Of a stretch of 42,430 nt of DNA, positions 33,601-42,339 are shown piece after piece. The DNA lies in IMG/VR virus record IMGVR_UViG_3300035670_000471, positions 1 through 42,430 of that record; one strand, 5' to 3'. Position numbers and translations under genes: made by a program. This stretch comes from a virus. Lineage: Duplodnaviria > Caudoviricetes. Positions within the stretch are counted from its first letter, which is position 1. Each line of letters begins with the position of its first letter. Under the pieces are notes generated by a model. It made no database searches, had not been told where the DNA came from, and worked only from the letters and a program-made list of their open reading frames with translations.

Positions 33601-36600
33601 CGCAGCTGGATGATCGCGGTCTACCGCACGCTCACCGAGTTCCTGAGCACCAACGGCAACGCCAAGCTGACCGACGAGGTGCGCGGCGTGTTCGACCGCA
33701 TGCTCGCCACCGACGAGGCCATCGCCGCCGCCAAGGCCGCGCGTGCCGCGACGCCGCTGTTCACCTCGGCCGAGCAGGCCGGCATGACGCCGGAGCAGTT
33801 CGCCGACTACCAGCGCGCGGTGGGCGAGGTCGACGAGGAGGCGGTGCGCGAGCTTGACGCCCGCAGCCTGCGCGACATGAAGTGGCTGCGCTCGGCGCGT
33901 GACCGCACCATCAAGGCCATGCAGAAGGAAGCCGCCGAGAAGCGCCGCAACGCCCGCATTGAGGCCCGCCGCCAGCTGCTCAACGAGCCGGTGTACCGCG
34001 CCATGTTGTTCCTGCGTGGCAAGGTCGACACCGTCAAGCCGGAGCCCAAGTCGAAGGGCCTCGACGCGCGACGCGATGACCTGACCACCGCCATCGCCAA
34101 GCTGGGCGGCCTCAACCGCGAGCAGGCGGTCAGCCAGTTCGGCATCGACCCGGCCGACTTCCCGACCAAGATCGTCGGCTCGCCGGTGCTGCGTGCCGGC
34201 AAGGCCGGGCGCTCGCCGGACGCCATGGCCGAGGTGCTGGCCGAGGCCGGCTACCTGATGCCGCGCGAGGGCGGCCGCTACGACCTGCGCGACCTCGAGG
34301 ACATGCTGCACGACCAGGCGCGCGGCGTGCCGCATTACTCGATGGCGGCCGACTACGACCTCATCAACGGCTACCAGATGATCCCGGTGCCCGAGGACGC
34401 ACGCGACAACGCGTTCGCCGCTGGCCGTCTGTCACGCCCTGAGCTGGCGGAGCGCTTCGCCAACAGCAACCTGCCCTGGGAGAACCTGGGCGTCGGGCGT
34501 CGCGGCATGATCGCCGAGATCGGCATGCCCATGGACGCCGTGGCCGAGATCACCGGGTTCAAGACCGGCGAGGAGATGGTGACCGCGTTGCTCAACGCCG
34601 AGCCGCTGCAGTCCGCGACCGAGGGCCTGACCGACCAGATCATGCTCGAGCGCTGGGGCGACCTGTCCAGTCCGGAGGCCATCGCGGCCGCTGCCGACGC
34701 GGCGCTCGCCAACGAGGCCCGCGCCCGCATGGTGGCGACCGAGTTCGCCCGCCTCAACACCGCCGTGGGCAGCCCGCGCATCGTGCAGACCGCCGCCCGG
34801 CAGACCGCTGCGCAGGTGGTGGCCCGGCAGAAGGTGCGCAACGTGCGCCCGGACAAGTCGGCCGCCGCTGCAGCCCGCGCCGGCAAGGGCGCCGAGCAGG
34901 CGTTCAAGAAGGGCGACAGCACGACGGCCGCCGGGTTCAAGCGCAGCCAGGTGCTGAACAGCGCCATCGAGCGCGAGCAGCGCAGCGTGCGCACCGAGAT
35001 CGAGAAGGCGCGCGACAACTTCGCCAAGGTGTTCGGCAACGACAAGCGCATGGCCAAGTCGCGCGACATGAACATGGTCAACGCGGCGCGCGAGATCCTG
35101 AGCCGCTACGGCCTGGCGCCGGAGGTGGCGGGCCAGCGCGCACAGGACTACCAGGAGGTGCTGCGCCGCGAGAACCCCGGCATGGCGGACCAGCTCGAGG
35201 CCATCAGCGGCATGCTGCCCGAGGCCAAGGACTACCGCGAGCTGACCGTCGAGGAGTTCCGTGGCATGCGCGACGCGGTGCTGGGTATGTTCCAGCTGTC
35301 CCGCCGCGTGATGCAAACCCGGATCGACGGCAAGCTGGTCGAGCAGGACGAGGTCGCGAGCCAGATCGTCGAGGCGGTGATCGCCGCCAACAACGGTGAG
35401 CTGCCGGGTCTGCTCGGCTACGACCGCACCATCACCGACGCGCAGAAGCTCAAGGTCGGCCTGATGGGCTTCGTGGCCGGCGGTCGTCGCGTCGAGCAGT
35501 GGACGGACTCGATGGGCGGCGGCATGAAAAATGTCATCTTCCAGCAGGTCAGCGACGCCGCGGTGCAGGCCCGCATCAAACGCAACGAGATGATCGCCAA
35601 GTACCGCGAGATCCTGCGCCTGGCCGAGCCGGGTATGAGCTACGCGCCGATCAACGCGCCGGAGCTGGGAGGCGGGTTCGTGTTCTCGCGCGGCAAGCAG
35701 GAGCTGCTGCACGCTATCCTGCACACCGGCAACCCGTCCAACCTGCGCAAGCTGCTGATCGGCCGCAAATGGGCGACCACCGACGCGGAGGGCAACCTCG
35801 ACACGACGGCGTGGGACAACTTTGTCAGCCGGATGATCGACGAGGGTGTGCTGACCAAGGCCGACTACGACTTCGCCCAGGGCGTGTGGGATCTGCTCGA
35901 GACCGTCAAGCTCGACGCGCAGCGTGCCCACTTCGACATCTACGGGTTCTACTTCAATGAAGTGACGGCCGCGCCGATCCAGACGCCGTTCGGCGAGTAC
36001 CGTGGCGGCTACGTCCCGGCCCTGGTGACCGCGCTGTCCGCAGCCGACCAGGCGCAGAAGCGCGAGGCCGAGGCGGCGCAGCAGAACAGCAACAGCTACA
36101 TGTTCCCGACCACCGGTAAGGGGTTCACCCAGTCCCGCGTCGACTACAACAAGCCGCTCGAGCTGGATCTGCGCACCATCGGCAGCCATCTCGACAAGGT
36201 CGCGCGCTTCGCGTTCCTCGAGCCGGCGATCCATGACACCGCGCGCCTGCTGCAGAACAAGCGCGTCGCGCGTGCGCTCAACGGGCTGGACACCAACATC
36301 ATCAGCAAGATGTTGACGCCCTGGCTGCAGCGCGCAGCAACGCAGACCACGACCAACCCTGGCAAGTATCAGCTGGCGGACAAGTTCTTCCGCGGCATCC
36401 GCACCCGCGCCGGCATGTACATCATGTTCGCGAACATCGTCAACACACTGCAGCAGGTCACCGGGTTCTCGGTCGCCGCGCTCAAGGTGCCGGCGCCGCG
36501 TCTGCTGCGCGCGGTTCGCGCCTACGTCGGCAACCCTGGTGAGATGGCACGCATGGCCAGCGAGATGTCGCCGTGGCTGCGTGACCGTCTGGACCGGCAG

Positions 36601-37470
36601 GGCTACGAGATGACCCAACAGATCGAGGAGATCCTGGCGAACCCCAACGTGTTCCAGAAGGCCAACGACTTCATGAAGCGTAACGCCTACTTCATGCAGA
36701 CCGGCTTGCAGAACGTCATGGACGTGGTGGTGTGGTGGGGTGCTTACGAGCACGCCCGCGCGCAAGGTGCCAACGAGCGCGACGCCGTGCGCTACGGTGA
36801 CGAGGCGGTGCGCACCACCCAGGGCACCTACTCGCCGGAGGACGTGTCGGAAATTGAGATCAACACCCCGTTCGTCCAGATGTTCACTCAGTTCTGGGGC
36901 TACTTCAACATGCTCGCCAACACGCTGGGCACCGAGGCCAAGAAGGCGGTCCGCGAGATGGGTTACATGGCGAGCACGCCGCGCCTGTTGTTCATCTGGT
37001 TCGCCGGTCTCATGCTGCCGGCGGTGGTTGCGCAGATCATCGCGCAGGGCCTCCCCGACGACGAGGACGACGAGGACGGCGACGGCACGCTGGACGAGTG
37101 GATGGCCATGTTCTTCGGCAGCCAAGCCAGCACGCTCGCCGCCATGGTGCCGGGTGTGGGCCAGGCGGCGACGCTGTTCGCGAACCAGCTGGACAGCAAG
37201 ATCTACAACGATCGCCTGAACATCAGCCCGGCGCTGTCCTTGTTCGAGTCTGGCGCCAAGGGCCTGGCGAGCATCGTGCAGGGCGAGGCGTTCGACGACC
37301 GACTGCAGAAGGCCGAGGTGCGCAACGTCGCCATCGCTGTCGCGCTGGCTACCGGCATGCCGACCAACGTGATCGCCAAGCCGCTGGGCTACCAGCTCGA
37401 TGTCGAGGCCGGCAAGAAGGACCCCGAGAACGCCGCCGAGTACGCCATCGGTCTGACCACTGGACGGTGA
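30685..37470 (+). CDS. Giant internal virion/ejection protein (polyvalent; ART-like insert and HExxH motif)
   Basis: 2261 aa; third of the ejection-protein trio; ADLSSFLHELGHAFL; VVDAEGRPLVVY...QIKSATGNSGAFD module. Confidence 0.85.
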   Translation: MTPMAGEQLDPQVNNLARELDTSLSLVANDPIAGDTEAQLRAASAKLGIPLDSARSVPDETLKASERASFNPSDFATRFPSTAKYLSNIDNARLSADDREPLAAVEQVVRRPRVPQDEGDTSFAGVFPRATARLGTIAESGGYLLNRLLTNIGSVFLPEPRMPADGPIDASGQARSALSQAIRNYNAIPKDNRISIAADLYNQAVEQGRQLGGVGDVVKYLVENPTAVTNLLTEEVIVGLPFALAGGATVGGLTANVGNRLLAGAAVEGVASGAATAAGTYSAEVAQRFQQNGGDLDEAVAYAATKGVVEGGVNAVFAGIGGAIPLGSTFGQRAAAVGGRVAAQAAGGAAGAAAAAAAVGEQASPGELLLEGLLEGVGAPIDLAVAATVSVQERQAQRQAQAEEATVNADQLGELLTAAAASQTRLRDPQTFAQLVQQAAEDAGSAPTELFIDAQPLVQILEQAGVTPEQLATMLPSVAEQIDEALATDGTVTIPVGEAVTAFAGSGVEQELVRNARTTADAISVADAEAAAATTEALSEEAQQIIAEQQEREAWDTSAQQVFDQMTADLNTAGRFTPDVNKAYATIVRDFFTVQAGKLGTMPDQLFSRYRIRVGAQQRGGAVLNQPTEISAEISAEASANQAERAAAAGSERSEISATRALPETIEIDGVQRSTRNSNGKPIAFTEEGLRDFWAWFGDSKVVDAEGRPLVVYRGGPTENWRDGSQIDAFDSPNGPWAGFFTSSPEVASRFAEAQLPMTMRGGSPAGVFPAYLSLQDPLVVDAAGAPAREFQIDASVIGKTDSPIREQMLSGGYDGLLLSNTADEADVFVALDPTQIKSATGNSGAFDPANPSIVMQDQADQGGARATFNPATLEINLLEKADLSSFLHELGHAFLEIQATIAAQPDAPAAITQDMQTVFDAVGYTGTAQDWIRLPVSERRIAHETVAESFEQYLFEGKAPTLEQQALFAKLRSWMIAVYRTLTEFLSTNGNAKLTDEVRGVFDRMLATDEAIAAAKAARAATPLFTSAEQAGMTPEQFADYQRAVGEVDEEAVRELDARSLRDMKWLRSARDRTIKAMQKEAAEKRRNARIEARRQLLNEPVYRAMLFLRGKVDTVKPEPKSKGLDARRDDLTTAIAKLGGLNREQAVSQFGIDPADFPTKIVGSPVLRAGKAGRSPDAMAEVLAEAGYLMPREGGRYDLRDLEDMLHDQARGVPHYSMAADYDLINGYQMIPVPEDARDNAFAAGRLSRPELAERFANSNLPWENLGVGRRGMIAEIGMPMDAVAEITGFKTGEEMVTALLNAEPLQSATEGLTDQIMLERWGDLSSPEAIAAAADAALANEARARMVATEFARLNTAVGSPRIVQTAARQTAAQVVARQKVRNVRPDKSAAAAARAGKGAEQAFKKGDSTTAAGFKRSQVLNSAIEREQRSVRTEIEKARDNFAKVFGNDKRMAKSRDMNMVNAAREILSRYGLAPEVAGQRAQDYQEVLRRENPGMADQLEAISGMLPEAKDYRELTVEEFRGMRDAVLGMFQLSRRVMQTRIDGKLVEQDEVASQIVEAVIAANNGELPGLLGYDRTITDAQKLKVGLMGFVAGGRRVEQWTDSMGGGMKNVIFQQVSDAAVQARIKRNEMIAKYREILRLAEPGMSYAPINAPELGGGFVFSRGKQELLHAILHTGNPSNLRKLLIGRKWATTDAEGNLDTTAWDNFVSRMIDEGVLTKADYDFAQGVWDLLETVKLDAQRAHFDIYGFYFNEVTAAPIQTPFGEYRGGYVPALVTALSAADQAQKREAEAAQQNSNSYMFPTTGKGFTQSRVDYNKPLELDLRTIGSHLDKVARFAFLEPAIHDTARLLQNKRVARALNGLDTNIISKMLTPWLQRAATQTTTNPGKYQLADKFFRGIRTRAGMYIMFANIVNTLQQVTGFSVAALKVPAPRLLRAVRAYVGNPGEMARMASEMSPWLRDRLDRQGYEMTQQIEEILANPNVFQKANDFMKRNAYFMQTGLQNVMDVVVWWGAYEHARAQGANERDAVRYGDEAVRTTQGTYSPEDVSEIEINTPFVQMFTQFWGYFNMLANTLGTEAKKAVREMGYMASTPRLLFIWFAGLMLPAVVAQIIAQGLPDDEDDEDGDGTLDEWMAMFFGSQASTLAAMVPGVGQAATLFANQLDSKIYNDRLNISPALSLFESGAKGLASIVQGEAFDDRLQKAEVRNVAIAVALATGMPTNVIAKPLGYQLDVEAGKKDPENAAEYAIGLTTGR

Positions 37471-37503
37471 GGTGCGCTTAGGGTAGGGGTGAGGGCATAG
37501 CCT
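37471..37503 (+). promoter_or_regulatory. Late-promoter motif copy 4 (tailspike)
   Basis: GGTGCGCTTA-N17-TAGCCT. Confidence 0.72.
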
Positions 37504-37533
37504 GCTCGCAAGGATTACCTCGCGGAGCAGGCC

Positions 37534-38883
37534 ATGGCCTTTTCACCATCTCGCAACACGGCGGCCGGCGCCTTCGAGTACGTCAACGTCAAGTCGTTCG
37601 GTGCGGTCGGTGACGGCGTGGCCGATGACTACGCCGCCATCGCGGCAGCCATCACCTACGCGGCCACGGCCGTCGCGGGCGGCACCGGCAAGGTGGTCTA
37701 CTTCCCGACCGGCACCTACCTGAGCAGCGCGCAGATCGACATTCCGAACCGCGTCGTGCTGCAGGGCGCGAACGGTCGCGGGTCGGTCATCAAACCGCAC
37801 AGCACCTTCGCCGCCAGCTACTTGATCTCAGCTGCCAACGGCACCAGCTCGATGTTCGCCTCGGGCCTGCGCGATCTGCACGTCGACGGCCGTGGTAAGA
37901 ACATGACCGCCGTCGTGCGCAGCCAGGCGTGGCAAGAGACCTGCAGCATGGAGCGGGTGCTCATCCAGTTCGACGGCACCACGCAAAACGGGTTCATCTA
38001 CACCGACGGCTACGGCGGCGCCGCCTATCTGGCGCTGCGCGACATCGAGATATTCTCGAACTCGACGCACGCCAGCGCCTGCGGCATCCGCGTGAACCAG
38101 ATCTCGCTGGTCGGCGGATTCGTGCTGTCGGTCGACGGCGCCACCATCGCCGGCGACACGGTGAACAAGCTGCCCATCGGTATCCGCATGGTCAACGACA
38201 CGCTGATCGTCAAGGGCTACCACGGCGAGGACATCAGCGACACGATGATCTCGATGGAAGGCGCGGGTGCCCTGTCCGGCGACACCATCACCGGCTCCTC
38301 GTCGGCGGTCAACGATCTGGTGACCATTGGCTCGGGCTTCACCGGTGTGGTGAACCTGCGCAACCTGCTGCCCAACGGCGCGACGGGCAACGTCGTCAAG
38401 GACAACAAGACCGGGCGCAACATCCCGGTGGCTGCTGGCATGGTGCCGGACTTCACCTGGCGCCCGTCGGCGTTCCAGGTCGCGCTGTCCGCTGACATCC
38501 TGAACGTGACCGGCAACGGCACCGAGTACATCGTCAAGTTCGACACCGAGACCGCCGACTACCTCGGCGAGTACGTCCCTGCCACGGGCAAGTTCACCGC
38601 GCAGCGCGCAGGCCGGTACATCCTGGCGGCCAGCGTGAAGCTGGCGCAGATCACCAGTGCCACCAGCGTGGTGGTGCGCATCGACACCACGGCGCGCAGC
38701 TACGAGCTGGGGCGCAGCACCGACGCCACCATGCTCTCGTTCTCGGGTGCGTGCGTCGCGGACATGGCGGTGGGTGACATCGCCCAGGTCACGGTCATCA
38801 TCAGCGGCATCGGCGCAGACACGGCGGACATCGTCGGGGGCACCACCGGGTCGACATTCTCGGGGCAGTGGCTGTCCCGCTGA
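37534..38883 (+). CDS. Tailspike/depolymerase-like protein (pectate-lyase-like beta-helix, C-terminal C1q/TNF-like domain)
   Basis: NVKSFGAVGDGVADDYAAI...VVYFPTGTY cap motif; C-terminal VKFDTE...TGKFTAQRAGRY...TFSG. Confidence 0.8.
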   Translation: MAFSPSRNTAAGAFEYVNVKSFGAVGDGVADDYAAIAAAITYAATAVAGGTGKVVYFPTGTYLSSAQIDIPNRVVLQGANGRGSVIKPHSTFAASYLISAANGTSSMFASGLRDLHVDGRGKNMTAVVRSQAWQETCSMERVLIQFDGTTQNGFIYTDGYGGAAYLALRDIEIFSNSTHASACGIRVNQISLVGGFVLSVDGATIAGDTVNKLPIGIRMVNDTLIVKGYHGEDISDTMISMEGAGALSGDTITGSSSAVNDLVTIGSGFTGVVNLRNLLPNGATGNVVKDNKTGRNIPVAAGMVPDFTWRPSAFQVALSADILNVTGNGTEYIVKFDTETADYLGEYVPATGKFTAQRAGRYILAASVKLAQITSATSVVVRIDTTARSYELGRSTDATMLSFSGACVADMAVGDIAQVTVIISGIGADTADIVGGTTGSTFSGQWLSR

Positions 38884-38885
38884 TC

Positions 38886-38918
38886 GGTGCGCTTAGGCGT
38901 GGACGTGCGGGATAGTCT
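38886..38918 (+). promoter_or_regulatory. Late-promoter motif copy 5 (tail fibre)
   Basis: GGTGCGCTTA-N17-TAGTCT. Confidence 0.72.
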
Positions 38919-38947
38919 GCCCTCATGTCTACGCAAGGGTGCGCCCC

Positions 38948-40936
38948 ATGACCATCAGCTCCACCACCCGGAAGGCCGGGCCGTTCAACGGGAACGATGT
39001 CACCACGTCGTTTCCGTTCACCTTCAAGGTGTTCGCCGCCGCCGATCTGCGCGTGGTGCTGACCGACTCGGCCGGCGCCGAGTCCGACCTGGTGCTGGAC
39101 TCCGACTATTCGATCACGCTCAACCCTGACCAAGACGCATCGCCTGGTGGCAGCATCACCTACCCGCTGATCGGCGACCCGCTGGCCACCGGTGAGAAGC
39201 TGACTGCGGTCGGCAATATCGAGGCGCTGCAGCCGACCGACATCACCAATGGCGGCGGGTTCTACCCGCAGGTCATCGAGAACATGTCGGACCGCGCCGT
39301 CATGCTGATCCAGCAGCTTGCGGAAGAACTCGACCGCACCATCCGCATCTCGGTGTCCGACGCGGACACGCAGGGCCTCGAGCTGCCGGCAGCCGGGTCG
39401 CGTGCGGACAAGGTGCTGGGCTTTGACGCCAACGGCGACTTCCAGGTCTACGACACGGTGACCGCCACGTCGGTCGGCATCGTGCAGCAGTACGACGAGA
39501 CCGCGACCGCCGGCCAGACGGTGTTCACCACCTCGTTCACCTTCACGCCCAACGTCAACGCGATCCATGTGTTCCAGAACGGCGCCAAGCTGCTGGCCGG
39601 TGTGGACTACACTGAGAACTCGACCAACCAGATCACGCTGGCTGTGGGTGCCAGCGACGGCGACCTCATCGAGATCGTGTCGTTCGGCATCCTGGCCGAC
39701 GGCACGGCGGCGGTCAGCGCCCTGGCGGCTGCTGCTGCTGCCAGCGCTGTGGCGGCCGACAACAGCGCCGACGCTGCAGCAGCGAGCGAGCTGGCGGCAG
39801 ACGGCAGCGCCGACGCGGCAGCAGCCAGCGCTTTGTCCGCGTCGGGCAGTGCCAGCACGGCGACGACCCAGGCCGGCATCGCCACCACGCAGGCCGGCAC
39901 CGCCACCACCCAAGCCGGCATCGCCACGACCCAGGCCGGTATCGCGACGACCCAAGCCGGCATTGCGACGACCAAGGCAAGCGAGGCGGACGCCAGCGCC
40001 GTCGCTGCGGACAGCAGCGCCGACGCGGCAGCGGCCTCGGCTATCGCTGCGGACAACAGCGCGGACGCGGCAGCAGCCAGCGCAGCGGCTGCGGCGACCA
40101 GCTACGACGATTTCGACGACCGGTACCTCGGCAGCAAGGCCGCCGATCCGACGCTCGACAACGACGGCAACGCGCTGCTTGAGGGTGCCCTGTACTGGAA
40201 CAGCGTGTCTAAGGTGCTCAAGGCATACAACGGCACGAGCTGGACCGCCTTTCCGGCGAACACGGCGACGGCGGTCACGTTCACCCCGACGGGCAACATC
40301 GCGGCGACCAACGTGCAGGCGGCGCTGGCTGAGCTGGACAGCGAGAAAGTACCAACCTCTCAGGTGGCCAGCACAACTGTGCAGGGCATCGTTGAGCTGG
40401 CAACCGACGCTGAGGCGCAGGCCGGCACGGACAGTACGCGCGCGCTGACAACGGCAAACCTCGTCGCGGCAAAACTTCAATCACCTACCGCCAAATCGGC
40501 ATCGGGTACCGCTGTTGACTTTGACACGATCCCGTCTTGGGTGAAGCGCGTTACTGTGATATTCCGTAACGTCAGTACAAATGGAACAAGCAACCCAGTT
40601 GTCAGAATTGGCTCGGGCTCCATCCTGGCTACAGGCTACGCGTCTGCGGCGCTGAACGTGAGCGGGGTCAACACATGTTCCTCTGCTTCAAGCACAACGG
40701 GATTTGTAATTCTTTCAGGAAATACGTCAGTAGAGCTTTCCGGCTCGATGGTTCTGACAAAGATAAGTTCAAACGACTGGGTTGCCTCCTATTCTTTTGG
40801 TAGTGCTACGGCAACGCAAGCCCTAAGCGGAGGGGGTGCTGTGAGCCTTTCTGGCGCTCTCGACCGGCTTCGTATAACCACTTTAATCGGCACAGACAGC
40901 TTCGACGCCGGCACCTTCAACATCATGTACGAGTGA
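38948..40936 (+). CDS. Tail fibre protein
   Basis: MTISSTTRKAGPFNGNDVTTSFPFTFKVF anchor domain (T7 gp17-like N-terminus), Ala-rich heptad stalk, FDDRYLGSK and GIVELATDAE fibre motifs. Confidence 0.88.
   Translation: MTISSTTRKAGPFNGNDVTTSFPFTFKVFAAADLRVVLTDSAGAESDLVLDSDYSITLNPDQDASPGGSITYPLIGDPLATGEKLTAVGNIEALQPTDITNGGGFYPQVIENMSDRAVMLIQQLAEELDRTIRISVSDADTQGLELPAAGSRADKVLGFDANGDFQVYDTVTATSVGIVQQYDETATAGQTVFTTSFTFTPNVNAIHVFQNGAKLLAGVDYTENSTNQITLAVGASDGDLIEIVSFGILADGTAAVSALAAAAAASAVAADNSADAAAASELAADGSADAAAASALSASGSASTATTQAGIATTQAGTATTQAGIATTQAGIATTQAGIATTKASEADASAVAADSSADAAAASAIAADNSADAAAASAAAAATSYDDFDDRYLGSKAADPTLDNDGNALLEGALYWNSVSKVLKAYNGTSWTAFPANTATAVTFTPTGNIAATNVQAALAELDSEKVPTSQVASTTVQGIVELATDAEAQAGTDSTRALTTANLVAAKLQSPTAKSASGTAVDFDTIPSWVKRVTVIFRNVSTNGTSNPVVRIGSGSILATGYASAALNVSGVNTCSSASSTTGFVILSGNTSVELSGSMVLTKISSNDWVASYSFGSATATQALSGGGAVSLSGALDRLRITTLIGTDSFDAGTFNIMYE
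39725..40095 (+). repeat. Heptad repeats (ATTQAGI-like; AAAAS-x-x-AAD-x-SAD) in fibre stalk
   Basis: 21-bp and 42-bp degenerate units visible in both DNA and protein. Confidence 0.85.
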
Positions 40937-40941
40937 TCGCC

Positions 40942-41316
40942 ATGTCTTTGCACAGAATTGTTGTCAACGCGCAAACCGGTGAGGTTGAGCGCATCGAGCA
41001 GACAGCCTACCGGAACGCTTCCGGCGAGGTTCGCGTCCTAGACAATGGCGAGCCGGTGCCTAGCGGTTTCACCCCGATGACCGAGGAGGAGCTGCACGCC
41101 TACAACAACCCGCCGATGACTGAGGAGCAGATGAAGCAGGCCGAGATCGCTCAGGACAAGCAGTACCTGGCCGACACCGACTGGATCATCGCCAAGATTG
41201 GCGAGGCGTCCCTCACCGGCCAGGACACCGCGCCGCTGCTCACGCAGTACGCGACTCAACTGCAGGCGCGCGAGGAGGCTCGCATCCGCATCCGCATCAA
41301 CGAGGGCAGAGCATGA
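40942..41316 (+). CDS. Putative tail fibre assembly chaperone
   Basis: Directly after the fibre; YLADTDW...REEARIRI motif. Confidence 0.65.
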   Translation: MSLHRIVVNAQTGEVERIEQTAYRNASGEVRVLDNGEPVPSGFTPMTEEELHAYNNPPMTEEQMKQAEIAQDKQYLADTDWIIAKIGEASLTGQDTAPLLTQYATQLQAREEARIRIRINEGRA

Positions 41317-41927
41317 TCGCCTTGCTTGCCGCCCTGCTCATGGGCTTTGCCGAGTCCTACCGTGGTGCCACGGCCGGCCTGCCGCGCTTCCTCGAAAAGT
41401 GCATCCTCGGCGTGCTGGCGCTTATTGCGCTGGTTGGTCCGGTCACCGTGGTTGAGATGGCACGCGACTGGACGTTCGTCGCTGCTTATCTCGTGCTGTT
41501 CTCGGCAGCCTGCTCGGTGTCGTGGGGCGCCGTCATCAGCGGCTCGCTGAACCGCACACCGGATGACGTATTCCAGGCGCACATCGACGCCAAGCAGGAC
41601 AAAGGCGACTGGTATCTGATCGGCCCGTTCCGGCGCTCGGCCATGCGCGGCTTGTTCGCGCGCAGCGTGGTGTGGGGTGTTCTGGCTTCGGTACCGCTGT
41701 TCGCCTTCGGCTACACCGGCGAGGGCATTGCCATGCTGGCGATCTACTCGGCGGCCATGCCGCTGGCCGTCAAGGCGCTGCACGCCGTCGAAGGCTCCCG
41801 GTTCGACCGCGCCATCGGCCGGCTGTGCATGGCGCTCGTCGACAAGGACAAGCCCTGGGCACGCCACGAGGTGTATCGCGGCTGGATCGCCGGTGGTCTG
41901 CTGGTCCTCGCGGGAGCTGCCCTCTAA
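41313..41927 (+). CDS. Hypothetical multi-pass membrane protein
   Basis: Several hydrophobic segments; ATGA overlap; GAGGG RBS. Confidence 0.75.
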   Translation: MIALLAALLMGFAESYRGATAGLPRFLEKCILGVLALIALVGPVTVVEMARDWTFVAAYLVLFSAACSVSWGAVISGSLNRTPDDVFQAHIDAKQDKGDWYLIGPFRRSAMRGLFARSVVWGVLASVPLFAFGYTGEGIAMLAIYSAAMPLAVKALHAVEGSRFDRAIGRLCMALVDKDKPWARHEVYRGWIAGGLLVLAGAAL

Positions 41928-41928
41928 G

Positions 41929-41961
41929 GGTGCGCATTCCGGCCGACGGCCGTGGGATTCT
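41929..41961 (+). promoter_or_regulatory. Late-promoter motif copy 6 (lysis cassette)
   Basis: GGTGCGCATT-N17-GATTCT. Confidence 0.6.
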
Positions 41962-41991
41962 CGCCTCACACCAAGGCAGGAATCCCATGGC

Positions 41992-42291
41992 ATGTCCATT
42001 GAAACCATTTTCGATTACCTCATCATGGCAGCCGGCGCGGTGCTGGGGTGGTTCGTGAAGATAGGGCATGAAGCCCACAAAGATCTCCAGAAGGAGGTTG
42101 ACATGTGCGTCAAGAAAGACGACTTCAAGGACGCCATCGCGCGCATCGAGCGCACTCAAGAATCCGCGTTCAACCACTTGTTCCGGCGGCTCGATGACCA
42201 GGACAAGAAGCTCGACAGCATCAAGGACACCCTGGCCGGCAAGGCCGACCGCCACGAGCTGCTTGCGCAGCACAACCGCGAGACGCTGTGA
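41992..42291 (+). CDS. Single-TM coiled-coil protein heading the lysis cassette (holin/antiholin-like)
   Basis: N-terminal TM ending LGWFVK, then VKKDDF...LFRRLD..D.KLD...KADR; TGATG coupling to endolysin. Confidence 0.75.
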   Translation: MSIETIFDYLIMAAGAVLGWFVKIGHEAHKDLQKEVDMCVKKDDFKDAIARIERTQESAFNHLFRRLDDQDKKLDSIKDTLAGKADRHELLAQHNRETL

Positions 42292-42339
42292 TGGACTTCG
42301 CGGCCGCGTTCACCAAGCTACTCGGCCATGAGGGCGGCT
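42213..42339 (+). repeat. Terminal direct repeat, copy 2
   Basis: Identical to 1-127. Confidence 0.95.

Larger units (their letters stand above)
1..42212. mobile_element. Complete temperate podovirus genome (BPP-1/epsilon15/APSE-like organisation), circularly permuted
   Basis: Integrase, repressor, terminase, portal, capsid, tail tubes, internal virion proteins and lysis genes are all present. No host genes. The 127-bp terminal duplication closes the circle across the junction between the upstream lysis gene and the endolysin. Confidence 0.93.

Noticed and set aside
21731-37125. Very long antisense ORFs (21731-23818, 24693-27044, 34432-37125; likewise 17066-18529, 5321-7003)
   Set aside because: Shadow ORFs opposite well-supported genes, expected from high-GC codon bias; no motifs
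37534-41927. Diversity-generating retroelement, expected given the BPP-1-like architecture
   Set aside because: No reverse transcriptase ORF and no TR/VR pair differing at adenines seen near the tail genes
1-42212. Stop-codon recoding, introns or tRNA genes
   Set aside because: Core genes are full length in the standard code; no cloverleaf or intron-sized gaps seen
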